A stretch of 41,475 bases of DNA, taken from positions 1 to 41,475 of IMG/VR virus record IMGVR_UViG_3300037761_000092. One strand, 5' to 3'. Made by a program: the position numbers and the translations under genes. The notes beneath the pieces are model-generated. The model worked only from the letters and a program-made list of their open reading frames with translations, did not search any database and had not been told where the DNA came from. Of this stretch, positions 18,300 to 26,824 are shown piece by piece. Source of the DNA: a virus. Taxonomy: Duplodnaviria; Caudoviricetes. The first letter of the stretch is position 1. The number at the start of each line of letters is the position of its first letter.

Positions 18300-18538
18300 C
18301 CTACCACGTCGAGCTCCACAACCCCGCGCGCTGCTTCAGAGATGAGAACGGCGAACTGGTCTGCGAATGCGTCCCTGTAGTAGTGCGGGAATCCGATACC
18401 GAGCGGGCGCTCGCCGGCTATACTTCGAAGGTCGGAGTAAGCGACGAATCTGATACCATCCGCGCGGCCCCGTCGCTCCTGCTTACTCCAGGGACGGCGG
18501 GGTCATTGCGTGGCACAACACCGGGAGTAAGACGGTGA
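18296..18538 (+). CDS. leader ORF spanning the RNA switch, coupled (GTGA) to the rep gene
   Basis: starts at ATGA 18296 and stops over the rep start. Confidence 0.45.
   Translation: MTYHVELHNPARCFRDENGELVCECVPVVVRESDTERALAGYTSKVGVSDESDTIRAAPSLLLTPGTAGSLRGTTPGVRR
18419..18535 (+). ncRNA. structured leader/antisense-type RNA controlling the replication gene
   Basis: hairpin 18466-18504 whose loop region GCTTACTCC is complementary to 18434-18442 and to the SD 18524-18531; -10-like boxes at 18419 and 18454. Confidence 0.6.
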
Positions 18539-19053
18539 CACGAGCCTATCTACGTCTCGATCCCCACCTAGCGGATCGGAAGGCGACGTATCCCGATGGT
18601 GCCTTCCGGGCATTCGTGGAGTGCCTGTGCTTCGCGGTTCAGCAGCCTGAGCGGGGTTACTTTCGCAACGAGAAGCTGCTGCGCGTGATGCTCGAGAAGC
18701 GTGCCCGGTGGGTTCCGTTCCTCATTGAGCACGACGACCTCATCCGCCAGCCGGACGGCCGCATCTATCTGGACGGCTGGAAGGAATGGCAGGAAGGGGA
18801 TGTGACGGTCCCCGAGCGGATGCAGCGGCTCCGCAATCGGAAGCAGGGCGTTACGGACGACGTTACGCCACCCGTTACGTCTCCGACTGTATCGCCTCCG
18901 TCTAGCGGTAGCGGTAAGCAAGAAGCATCTACGGAGACACCTCGCCGTAACGACGGCTCGGCAACCTTCATGGGCTATCGCCCAAAGCCCCGCGACCACT
19001 TCGGGCAGCACCCTGGTTGCGCGGTGTGCGCTCCCTTGCAGGTGAAGTCGTGA
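18535..19053 (+). CDS. replication initiator (replisome organiser-like)
   Basis: AYLRLD N-terminus, DGWKEWQ...ERMQRLR motif, internal iterons. Confidence 0.7.
   Translation: MTRAYLRLDPHLADRKATYPDGAFRAFVECLCFAVQQPERGYFRNEKLLRVMLEKRARWVPFLIEHDDLIRQPDGRIYLDGWKEWQEGDVTVPERMQRLRNRKQGVTDDVTPPVTSPTVSPPSSGSGKQEASTETPRRNDGSATFMGYRPKPRDHFGQHPGCAVCAPLQVKS
18849..18879 (+). repeat. iteron-like CGTTACG x3 (putative origin)
   Basis: copies at 18849, 18861, 18873 (12-bp period); inverted copy at 18946. Confidence 0.55.
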
Positions 19054-20075
19054 ATCCCAGTGAGCGTGGTCGACTGGCGGCTTTGAAGCGATGGAGTGCT
19101 CCGCGACCTTCGAGTATATGGAATGACCCTGAGTTCAGACGCGAATACGGCAAGCGTTGGCGTGCGGCCAACCCTCCGAAGCCTCTATCCGCGGAGCGCC
19201 ACGAGCGGAAGCTTATTAGTGACCGTAAGCACTACAACGCGAAGCTTCGAGTTCAGCATCCGGTGATCGTGTGTGACGAGTGCGGAGGCCAGTTCAAGCG
19301 AGCAAAGAAGGGTCAGAGGTTCTGCAGTCGCTTGTGTGTGGGACGGGCGTGGAGAGCTCGGAACGGGGATCGAGTACGCCAGCATCGAATCAAGGCCCAC
19401 CCACCGGTCGACCTGTCCGAGGTTCGATGTAAGCGGTGCGCTAAACCATTCATGCCAAAGAGCATGAAGCACACGTACTGCTCGCAATGGTGCAAGCAGG
19501 GCGGAACAGGTGTCGGCTCTGGCGGGGCGACTCGTGGCAAGGAGCTTGTTCCTCGCCGCAATTGCGAGCTCTGCGGCAACAAGTTCTACGCGGAGCCCAA
19601 GCGTGTGGCTCGTGGTGGTGGTCGCTTTTGCTCAACCGCATGCCGCGTCCGAAACATCGGAATGAATCCAGCCAACTTCCCGCAACTCAAGCCAGGTAGA
19701 TGGCGAGGTGGCAAGCGCGCTGACCTCGAGGATCGCTATTTCCGGTCCTCCTGGGAGGCCAACTACGCCCGCTACCTGAACTGGCTCGTCGCCCACGGGC
19801 AGATCCGAGGATGGGAATACGAGGTCGATACCTTCGAGTTTCCGATCAAACGTGGCTCCAAGTTCTACACGCCTGACTTCAAGGTGGTGGAGAACGATGG
19901 CCGGGTGGTCTACCACGAGGTCAAGGGCTACATGCGGCCCGAGTCGGCCACCAAGCTCAAGCGAATGCGGATTCATCACCCCATGGTGGAAGTCCTGCTC
20001 ATTGACCGGGATGTCTATTACGCGCTCCAGCGTCAGGTGAGCGCGCTGATTGACGGTTGGGAGCGTGCAGCATGA
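19050..20075 (+). CDS. DUF1064-like PD-(D/E)XK nuclease with N-terminal Zn-finger repeats
   Basis: FRSSWEANYA...YTPDF...HEVKG; three CxxC..F..(F/Y)CSxxC modules. Confidence 0.75.
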   Translation: MNPSERGRLAALKRWSAPRPSSIWNDPEFRREYGKRWRAANPPKPLSAERHERKLISDRKHYNAKLRVQHPVIVCDECGGQFKRAKKGQRFCSRLCVGRAWRARNGDRVRQHRIKAHPPVDLSEVRCKRCAKPFMPKSMKHTYCSQWCKQGGTGVGSGGATRGKELVPRRNCELCGNKFYAEPKRVARGGGRFCSTACRVRNIGMNPANFPQLKPGRWRGGKRADLEDRYFRSSWEANYARYLNWLVAHGQIRGWEYEVDTFEFPIKRGSKFYTPDFKVVENDGRVVYHEVKGYMRPESATKLKRMRIHHPMVEVLLIDRDVYYALQRQVSALIDGWERAA

Positions 20076-21308
20076 GCCGTCCACCGCTCCGCTTCGAGAC
20101 GATGGGGGAACCCGAACCACTCACGCCGCTGTCTAGGACGGCTGATCTATCCGAGCGGGCCTGCCAAGCTCGAAAGCGGGATGGTGCCAAGTGCGGCCAA
20201 CCATCGCGGCAATGGACGGACGGAATAGGCCTTCGCTGCTGGCGTCACCGCGAGGACCATTGGTGCCGCGTCTGCGAGAAGTCGGCATGACTTGGGTCGA
20301 TGATGCGCGGGCGCTGCGCTGGATCATGGACGCGATGGGGGAGCGTGCGGCGTGATGGCTAATCCAGGCGATTGGGCTCCCGGCGAAGGACCGGTGAAGT
20401 TCTGCCATGACCCAGCGTGCTGGCAATCTCGCTTTGGCGTACACGCCCGCCACCCAACCAGCGATGAACGGCGCGCCTACGAACTCCATGAGTACGAAGC
20501 CATGCGGGGAATCGTGGCTGACATGGGCGGCAGCGAGTCATACCAGCCCTCGGGTGACTACGCCCACGCCGACGAGACTAGGAAGCTCCGTGAGGATATC
20601 TTCGGCCTCCGCGTCGGGATCGCCGTTCTCACCATCCTCGTCCTAGTTCTGTTCATTGCTGAGGTGCTGCGATGGTGACGCGGTTCTGGAGATGGCTACG
20701 CCGCGAGGCCGTTATTGAGGCGGCCAAGCGTGAGGGCTATAACAAGGGCACCCGAGAGGCAGCCGTTACTTTGGTGGAGTTCACTAAGGTTGGCGGCCGC
20801 ATCGTCCTGACCAACGAAGCCTTTCTGCTCAACACGGTGAGCCTCGGCCTGGAGTGGGTGATCGTGCAGCCCGAGACGCCGGCCATCTTCCTCGGTATGG
20901 AGAAGACGATGTACTCCGTTGAGCGGCGGCGTGTCTTTGACGAGAAGCTGGGAATCACGCAATGAGATTCATCCAGCACAAGGACGGCGACCCGTCCAAC
21001 GTGAACCTCTCCAACCTCGAAGTCCACGACCACGCGACGGGTGACTTCACGCACCATACGTCCCGGCCGGCCTGTGTCATCTATGACGGCGCACGGGTCG
21101 TTGAGAAGGAGGGCGGCCTGTGGATTTTGCCGCCATGGGACGAGGACAAGCCATGACCCCATCCTTCCCCCTGTCCCTCCTCCTCGGCGGTCTGTTCTTC
21201 TTGGTCCTGTACCGCTTCTTCGGCCCACCCTGGGTCATAGCCGTGGGTGCCCTGCTCTTCGGCTGGGAACTGTACGGGGAGTGGCGGCTGTACCGGAGCG
21301 AGCGATGA
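20072..21308 (+). other. chain of small hypothetical ORFs (about 20072-20290, 20355-20678, 20675-20965, 20962-21156, 21153-21308)
   Basis: overlapping start/stop chain; two have TM segments. Confidence 0.5.
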
Positions 21309-21802
21309 CGGTCCGAACCATCGACTCATCCGACAACCCCGCGGTGGTGAACACCATGCGAACCCGGAACAACGGCCGGTACAACGGCAACGGCCGGGAG
21401 TGGGAGACGCCACCCGAGGTCTTCGAGCCGCTGGATGCCGAGTTCGGGTTCACCCTCGACCCCTGCGCCACCCTCGATAACACGAAGTGCCGTTCGTTCT
21501 TCACCGAAGAAGACGATGGCTTGGCTCAGGACTGGGGCACCGACCGGGTGTTCATGAACCCGCCCTATGGCCGCGAGGTCTACGCCTGGACCGCAAAGGC
21601 TCGAGAAGCGGCGGCTCGTGGAGCTCTCGTCGTCGGCCTCCTTCCGGCGTCGACGGATCTGGCGTGGTGGCACGACGACGTGGTGGCCGCTGGTGCCGAG
21701 GTCCGCTACATCCGTGGCCGAGTCAGGTTCCTTACCGGCGGCCCATACCGCGCCAGTGGATTCTTCGCTTCGGTCATCGTGATCTGGAAGCCGGCCGCAT
21801 GA
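21305..21802 (+). CDS. phage DNA N6-adenine methyltransferase (phage Dam family)
   Basis: WETPPEVF...FTLDPCA...VFMNPPYG...LLPASTD. Confidence 0.9.
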   Translation: MTVRTIDSSDNPAVVNTMRTRNNGRYNGNGREWETPPEVFEPLDAEFGFTLDPCATLDNTKCRSFFTEEDDGLAQDWGTDRVFMNPPYGREVYAWTAKAREAAARGALVVGLLPASTDLAWWHDDVVAAGAEVRYIRGRVRFLTGGPYRASGFFASVIVIWKPAA

Positions 21803-22006
21803 AGGACCTCTACGACCCCGTGTCTCGGCGCTGGTATCGAGGCGATGCCGATCGAGTGCAGCATTACTTCGACCACACCCGTAGCCAGTGGGTCACGGTC
21901 GACGTAACCCGGTTCCCAGGGGCAAAGTGCTCGTGCTCGCAGTGTGCTGAGCCGGCGGCATGACTCTGGGGTACGGGGAGTGGCGCTTGATTCGAGGGGC
22001 GAAGCG

Positions 22007-22261
22007 ATGAGCGAACTCACCGCGCCCGGCCCGATGGTCGAGGTCGAATGGTTCGACTCCGGTGGTCAAGCCGGCTGGCACGACTCCACCCAATCGACCA
22101 AGGGCTTCGATGAGCAGGACTGCCGCACCCTCGGGTATCTCATCGAGGAATCGGAACGTGGCGTGTGCCTCGTCATGGGCTTCGGTGGTACCGGCATGCA
22201 CATGGATTCGATGACCATTCCACGGGCCAACGTCGTAAAGGTCACGAGGCTACGGCGATGA
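22007..22261 (+). CDS. conserved small phage protein (Sm-like fold suspected)
   Basis: VEVEWFDS..GW...C.TLGYL...IPRANV pattern. Confidence 0.6.
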   Translation: MSELTAPGPMVEVEWFDSGGQAGWHDSTQSTKGFDEQDCRTLGYLIEESERGVCLVMGFGGTGMHMDSMTIPRANVVKVTRLRR

Positions 22262-22542
22262 CCCTGTGCCCTCACTGCGGCCAGACCCTCCCCATCGGAG
22301 GTGCGTACCTCACGCCGCGCGAGCTCGACGTACTCACCGAGTGGTGGCTCACCGCCAGCGTCAAGAAGGCGGCGGTCAATCTGGGGATCGGGGAGCAGCG
22401 GGCCAAGAACCTCCTCGTCCAAGCTCGAAACCGCAACAACGTCCAGAACACGGCCCAGCTCTTGGCTCTGCACATCGTGGATGTACGCGCAGCGGTGGGC
22501 AGCCGAGTGCCACAAAACAAGCGGAAAGGGGAAGCGGCATGA
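22258..22542 (+). CDS. LuxR-type HTH regulator with N-terminal CxxC
   Basis: LTPRELDVL...KKAAVNLGIGEQRAKN...NTAQL. Confidence 0.75.
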   Translation: MTLCPHCGQTLPIGGAYLTPRELDVLTEWWLTASVKKAAVNLGIGEQRAKNLLVQARNRNNVQNTAQLLALHIVDVRAAVGSRVPQNKRKGEAA

Positions 22543-24224
22543 CCATCAGTGGACACCAGGGCGGCGGAATCGTGCTCAATCCGACTAGGTACGCAGCCCG
22601 GTACGCTACATATCATAACGTACAGAGACGGGCGGTACGGGGCGAGGTACCCCTAGCGGGAAGCGGCGATGCGCCTCGACCGGACTCTAGGGTAGATCAT
22701 AACCTCGCCTACCGATTCGGGATGCGGCGGGAAGAACCCGCCCCAGCTCCGGTAGTCCCGCCAGCGGCAGGCCGGCACGCCCTGGCGGCCCCAGAACGTG
22801 AGCCAACGCTCCACGTCTGCTTCGGGAACCCACACCCGCTCACGCCCGGAGCTCTGTCGGAAGATCACCAAGTCGGGCATCCCTTCGATGATAGCGAGTT
22901 GCCCGCGTGACCCCGGATAGCACGACCACCCAACCAACCACCGAAGTCAGCCGCTACGAACTGCTCGAAGATGACGAGCGCTTTGGTCTGAGCAGGGGCG
23001 ACATCCTCATCTGCGAGTCGATGCATTGGGCATGGGCTCCCGAGAAGGTGGCCGTCGTTCGCCGCGAGTCTGACGGCTACGACCCCGGATGCAATCAGTA
23101 CCGAGGAAGCGTGCGGCACGTTTCAGGGCCGGTCCTGTGACCACCCAACCGACCACCCGGAACCCAGAGGAGACCCCGATGACCACCTTCACCGATGAGC
23201 AGCGCGGCGTCTATGGCAAGTACCGTATCGAGCGTATTGGCGGAACTCCCGGCAAGCACGACGAGTGCTGGTACTACGTTCTAGACCTGAAGCACGACAA
23301 ATTCGCTATCCCGGCGCTGCGGGCGTACATCGAGGCGTGCCGTGAGGAGTTCCCTGACCTAGCCGCTGATCTGACGCGGATCGTGGATGGCTCCGATCCC
23401 TGGACTGTGGCCGATGTCGCTTGACGGCCGACGATTACGCTTTGCGACCTGTCCTCATTGCGAGGAGCAAATGTTGGTGGCCGTTACGCCCGACCTCGAC
23501 GCCGCCCTCGCCCATGAGCGCCAGCAAGGCCGCGAGGACGGCGCCAGCCTATGCGACCGCCGAATGCGAACCCTCATCGACTACGCCGTGCAGGTGTGGG
23601 GGCCAGAGTCCGACGTGGACCCCGAGGCCGATCCGGGCTCGATGCGGGCCGACCTAGAAACCTTCCTCGATGTAGGTGGCGCCGCCCCACCCCCCGAGGA
23701 GCCCAGTGAGCACAAGCACGGCCCGTGGATTCGTGACCCCGTTCATGGGAGCAGCGATGCGTTCTGTGAAGGATGTGGTAGGCCGTGGGAGTCCGACCAT
23801 GAATGACCGCCCACCCGCAGCCCCGAGCACCGAGTACCCCGACCCAGAGTCGTGCAACTGCGCTTGCATGGAGTGTGGCGGGCCAGACGACATTCACTGC
23901 CTGCAATGCGCCGCCGACTTCTCCAGCTCCGCATCCGGGGAGCCGAGCACCGAGGCCATCCAGACGTTCCTCGACAAGTTGCTGCACACGGACCCCGAAA
24001 TCCTCGTCTGGATTCGGTCGCTGCTACAGGAGCGGGAGGCCCGCGCCACCCCGCCTGCGCTGGACGCTGCCCGATCCGAGATTCAGGCTAACCGTGCCCA
24101 AGGTGTCCAGTGGGACCCGCCCGTGAGCAAACAGATTGAGCGGTGGTATGCCGAAGGCTACGACCGTGGTTTGCGCGATGCCGACGCCATTCTGGCCCGC
24201 CTGAGCACCGGTGACACCGAATGA
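22539..24224 (+). other. mosaic cluster of small hypothetical ORFs (22539-22910, 22907-23140, 23137-23424, 23414-23806, 23799-24224)
   Basis: coupled ORFs sharing short repeated modules. Confidence 0.5.
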
Positions 24225-24817
24225 GCCTCCTCGATGAACTCCTCGCCGAGCTCAGGACTGAACTTCGAAATGAGCTGCCGATTGTTCTGCATCCGGGCGC
24301 TCGAATCCGCGGTCATCGTCACACCAAGCGGGCCATCCGTGACGAGGACACGTCGCACGAATCGGGCGGGAGCGGCTGGCACTCGAGCGGGGCCGGCTAT
24401 GGGACGAGGATCGGTCTGCCATTTACGGTGGGCTTTGAGCGCCGGCTGAGTCACCCGGACTGGTGGGGCATCAACGAACTAGCCGCCCGCTCTATCCTCG
24501 AAGTCGGAGATTTCTGCCGGTCACGGCATCAGTCGGATCTCCACCGCTGCCCTGGCCGGTCGACCTCGTTGTGCGAGCGGGTCGTGTCAGCGATGGCGCA
24601 GTTCGGCCAGCCGGTCGGTCAGATCGCATGGCGGGAGGGGCTGGACGAGGAGCTGGTGTACGCGCTGGCCGTCCAAGGGCTACGCCATGCTTTCGCTTGG
24701 CGTCACCGCCGGCTGCATCAGTACATGCGCTCGGCCACCGATCGGGAGCGGGACCAGCGCGTGACGTGCCCGCTGTGCGATGGTAGGCCGATCAGGATGC
24801 GGAGGAGGGCGGCGTGA
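24221..24817 (+). CDS. putative late transcriptional regulator (sigma region-4-like HTH)
   Basis: PVGQIAWREGLDEELV HTH; last substantial gene before the late promoter. Confidence 0.5.
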   Translation: MSLLDELLAELRTELRNELPIVLHPGARIRGHRHTKRAIRDEDTSHESGGSGWHSSGAGYGTRIGLPFTVGFERRLSHPDWWGINELAARSILEVGDFCRSRHQSDLHRCPGRSTSLCERVVSAMAQFGQPVGQIAWREGLDEELVYALAVQGLRHAFAWRHRRLHQYMRSATDRERDQRVTCPLCDGRPIRMRRRAA

Positions 24818-25020
24818 GTTACGAGTTCCATTGCGCGAAGTGCGGCTCGGCAAACGAGATAGAGCAGCGGAAGGCCGGTCGATTCACCATCGACCTCGGA
24901 TGGCCGATCTACGAGACCCGCTATGTGTGCCCCAACAAGCGTTTCATCGGGGATGGGCACTCGCGTACGGGATGGGAAGGGCGCGCGGTCGATCCGAAAT
25001 ACGAGAACGATGTTTCGTAG
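24814..25020 (+). CDS. small Zn-ribbon protein
   Basis: CAKC...CPN..H. Confidence 0.5.
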   Translation: MSYEFHCAKCGSANEIEQRKAGRFTIDLGWPIYETRYVCPNKRFIGDGHSRTGWEGRAVDPKYENDVS

Positions 25021-25039
25021 TACGCGCGACCGCACAACG

Positions 25040-25063
25040 CACGCTTGACTGAGCGTGTACTCT
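25040..25063 (+). promoter_or_regulatory. putative late promoter with palindromic site
   Basis: CACGCT-N6-AGCGTG abutting TACTCT at the head of a 200-nt non-coding leader. Confidence 0.5.
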
Positions 25064-25237
25064 AGGCGCGACGGCGTATGACAGCCGCCGGGTGGGTTAG
25101 GCGTGCCGTCCGCACCTAGCCTCTAAGGCCCCCGGAGTCACGGCCCCCTCGATCTTCGCCGTCCCTGTTTCCAGACCGCCCCTAGCTGGGCGGTGCCCAC
25201 CTCACCGAATCGCCCACTTGAGCCCTGAGGTGTCCGT

Positions 25238-25699
25238 GTGCCTGAAGAAGAATCTACCGGCGTTGGGCCGGTTGTGGACCCTACGAAGAATGTCCTCGAC
25301 TTGGTTGCGGCCGCAATGCAGCGGCAGGATGACTTGCGCAAGGCGGAATCTCGACGCCAGGACGACCTAGCCGCTCAGGAGCAGCGGCACCGCTCGGTAG
25401 TTCGTGAGCTTGAGGGCAAGTATCGCGATGCCCAGTTTGCCGCCGAGCAGCGCCGCCTGGATGCCCTTCTGGCCGCTCAGAATACGGCGGTCGCCATCGC
25501 TGCCACTCGCGCCGAAGGAACGGCGTCGGCTCTGGCCGAACGTGTGGATACAGCAGCCAAGACGCTCGCCGCTGAGGCTGGCTCAAAGGAGCAGCGCAGC
25601 GAAGGCCGCGCGTCGAGCCAGTGGACCTTTCAGCAGGTTCTTACGATTGTGGCGCTAGGACTCGGGGCGTTGTACTTCATTCTGAGCCAAGCGCCCTGA
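25238..25699 (+). CDS. coiled-coil protein with C-terminal TM (lysis module)
   Basis: heptad-rich body, hydrophobic C-terminus. Confidence 0.65.
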   Translation: MPEEESTGVGPVVDPTKNVLDLVAAAMQRQDDLRKAESRRQDDLAAQEQRHRSVVRELEGKYRDAQFAAEQRRLDALLAAQNTAVAIAATRAEGTASALAERVDTAAKTLAAEAGSKEQRSEGRASSQWTFQQVLTIVALGLGALYFILSQAP

Positions 25700-25790
25700 G
25701 ATGGTGGCGTAACTGGTAGAATGAGCACGAAATGGCCCCGCGAGACTTGGGATCTCCGGGGCCCGGCCAAACCTTCTGCGGAGGTCTGAC

Positions 25791-26321
25791 ATGGCGCAGC
25801 CTACATGCTCCCATTGTGAGCAGCCAGTAGAGATTCGCGGCCTATGCCATATGCACTATCAGCGATGGCGACGCGGTGCCCGATTAGATGCTCCGGTCAT
25901 GCCGTGGCGGTCGCCGTGGACCCCTGACCAGATCCTGGCGGGGAAGTTCGAGAAAACTGACACCTGCTGGAATTGGACTGGCTATTTGGATCGCGCCGGT
26001 TACGGAGTGGTCAACAGCCGGGGACTACGGATAAGGCAGGCCTATCGACTGGCATACACGGCATGGGTTGGGCCGATCCCAGACGGTCTGCACCTTGATC
26101 ACCTGTGCCGGAATCCTCGATGTATCCGACCAGATCACTTGGAGCCCGTAACGCCTGCTGAGAATGCTCGTCGCGCTGGCCCATATCGGCGTCCGACTCA
26201 TTGCAAGCGGGGTCATTTGTTGAGCGAGGACAACGTGTACCGAGCGCCTTCCCGTCCGCAGTGGCGCGTCTGCTTGACTTGCATCAAGGCCTATAGAGCA
26301 CGTCACAGGGCAGCGCGCTGA
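25791..26321 (+). CDS. free-standing HNH homing endonuclease
   Basis: CWNWTG...LDHLCRNPRCIRPDHLEPVTPAEN...THCKRGH. Confidence 0.9.
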   Translation: MAQPTCSHCEQPVEIRGLCHMHYQRWRRGARLDAPVMPWRSPWTPDQILAGKFEKTDTCWNWTGYLDRAGYGVVNSRGLRIRQAYRLAYTAWVGPIPDGLHLDHLCRNPRCIRPDHLEPVTPAENARRAGPYRRPTHCKRGHLLSEDNVYRAPSRPQWRVCLTCIKAYRARHRAAR

Positions 26322-26332
26322 AGTGGATTCTC

Positions 26333-26824
26333 GTGTTTGCCATGCTCCTGACTCCCCTCACGACGCCGGCACCCGTTAGCGCCTGCGAGTACGCCGGGAC
26401 GAGCTGGTACAACCCGACCGGCTGGCAGGGCTGTGAACAATGGGGGACCGGGCAGGCTTCGATGTGGGGCGGTCCGGGCGCTGCCTCCAATGACTGTCTG
26501 CACCCTTGGACCGATTGCGCTCCGAGGATCGTGATCAGCCTCGACACCGGGCGGTCCCTGCTCATCGTCCCGGTCATGTTCTGCGGCTGTTTCGTGAAGG
26601 GCGTCGGCCCCAACGGCGAGACCGCTCGACTTATCGACTTGGACCCGTCACAGGTGGCGGCGCTCGGCCTTGACGCCTCACAAGGATTGTTCGCGATTCG
26701 CGTCGAGCCCGCCACCGTAGTTCTGCCGGATACGGCCGTTACTCATACAGCAGGCATTGGTTCACGAAGCAATCGTGCTCATGCTCAAGGCGTCGGTTTA
26801 GGGTCTCTCGTAGCTGCTCGATGA
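26333..26824 (+). CDS. secreted RlpA/double-psi-barrel-like protein (start possibly CTG 26318)
   Basis: signal-like N-terminus; GQASMWG...TGRS...RLIDLDPSQVAALGL; LPDTA motif. Confidence 0.55.
   Translation: MFAMLLTPLTTPAPVSACEYAGTSWYNPTGWQGCEQWGTGQASMWGGPGAASNDCLHPWTDCAPRIVISLDTGRSLLIVPVMFCGCFVKGVGPNGETARLIDLDPSQVAALGLDASQGLFAIRVEPATVVLPDTAVTHTAGIGSRSNRAHAQGVGLGSLVAAR

Noticed and set aside
22641-22668. SRP RNA helix-8 resemblance (GAGG...GGAAGCGGC)
   Set aside because: Lacks the GNRA tetraloop and exact CAGG/AGCAG; kept only as a generic structured RNA candidate
25700-26321. Group I intron around the HNH
   Set aside because: The ORF and leader fill the interval and I see no catalytic core elements
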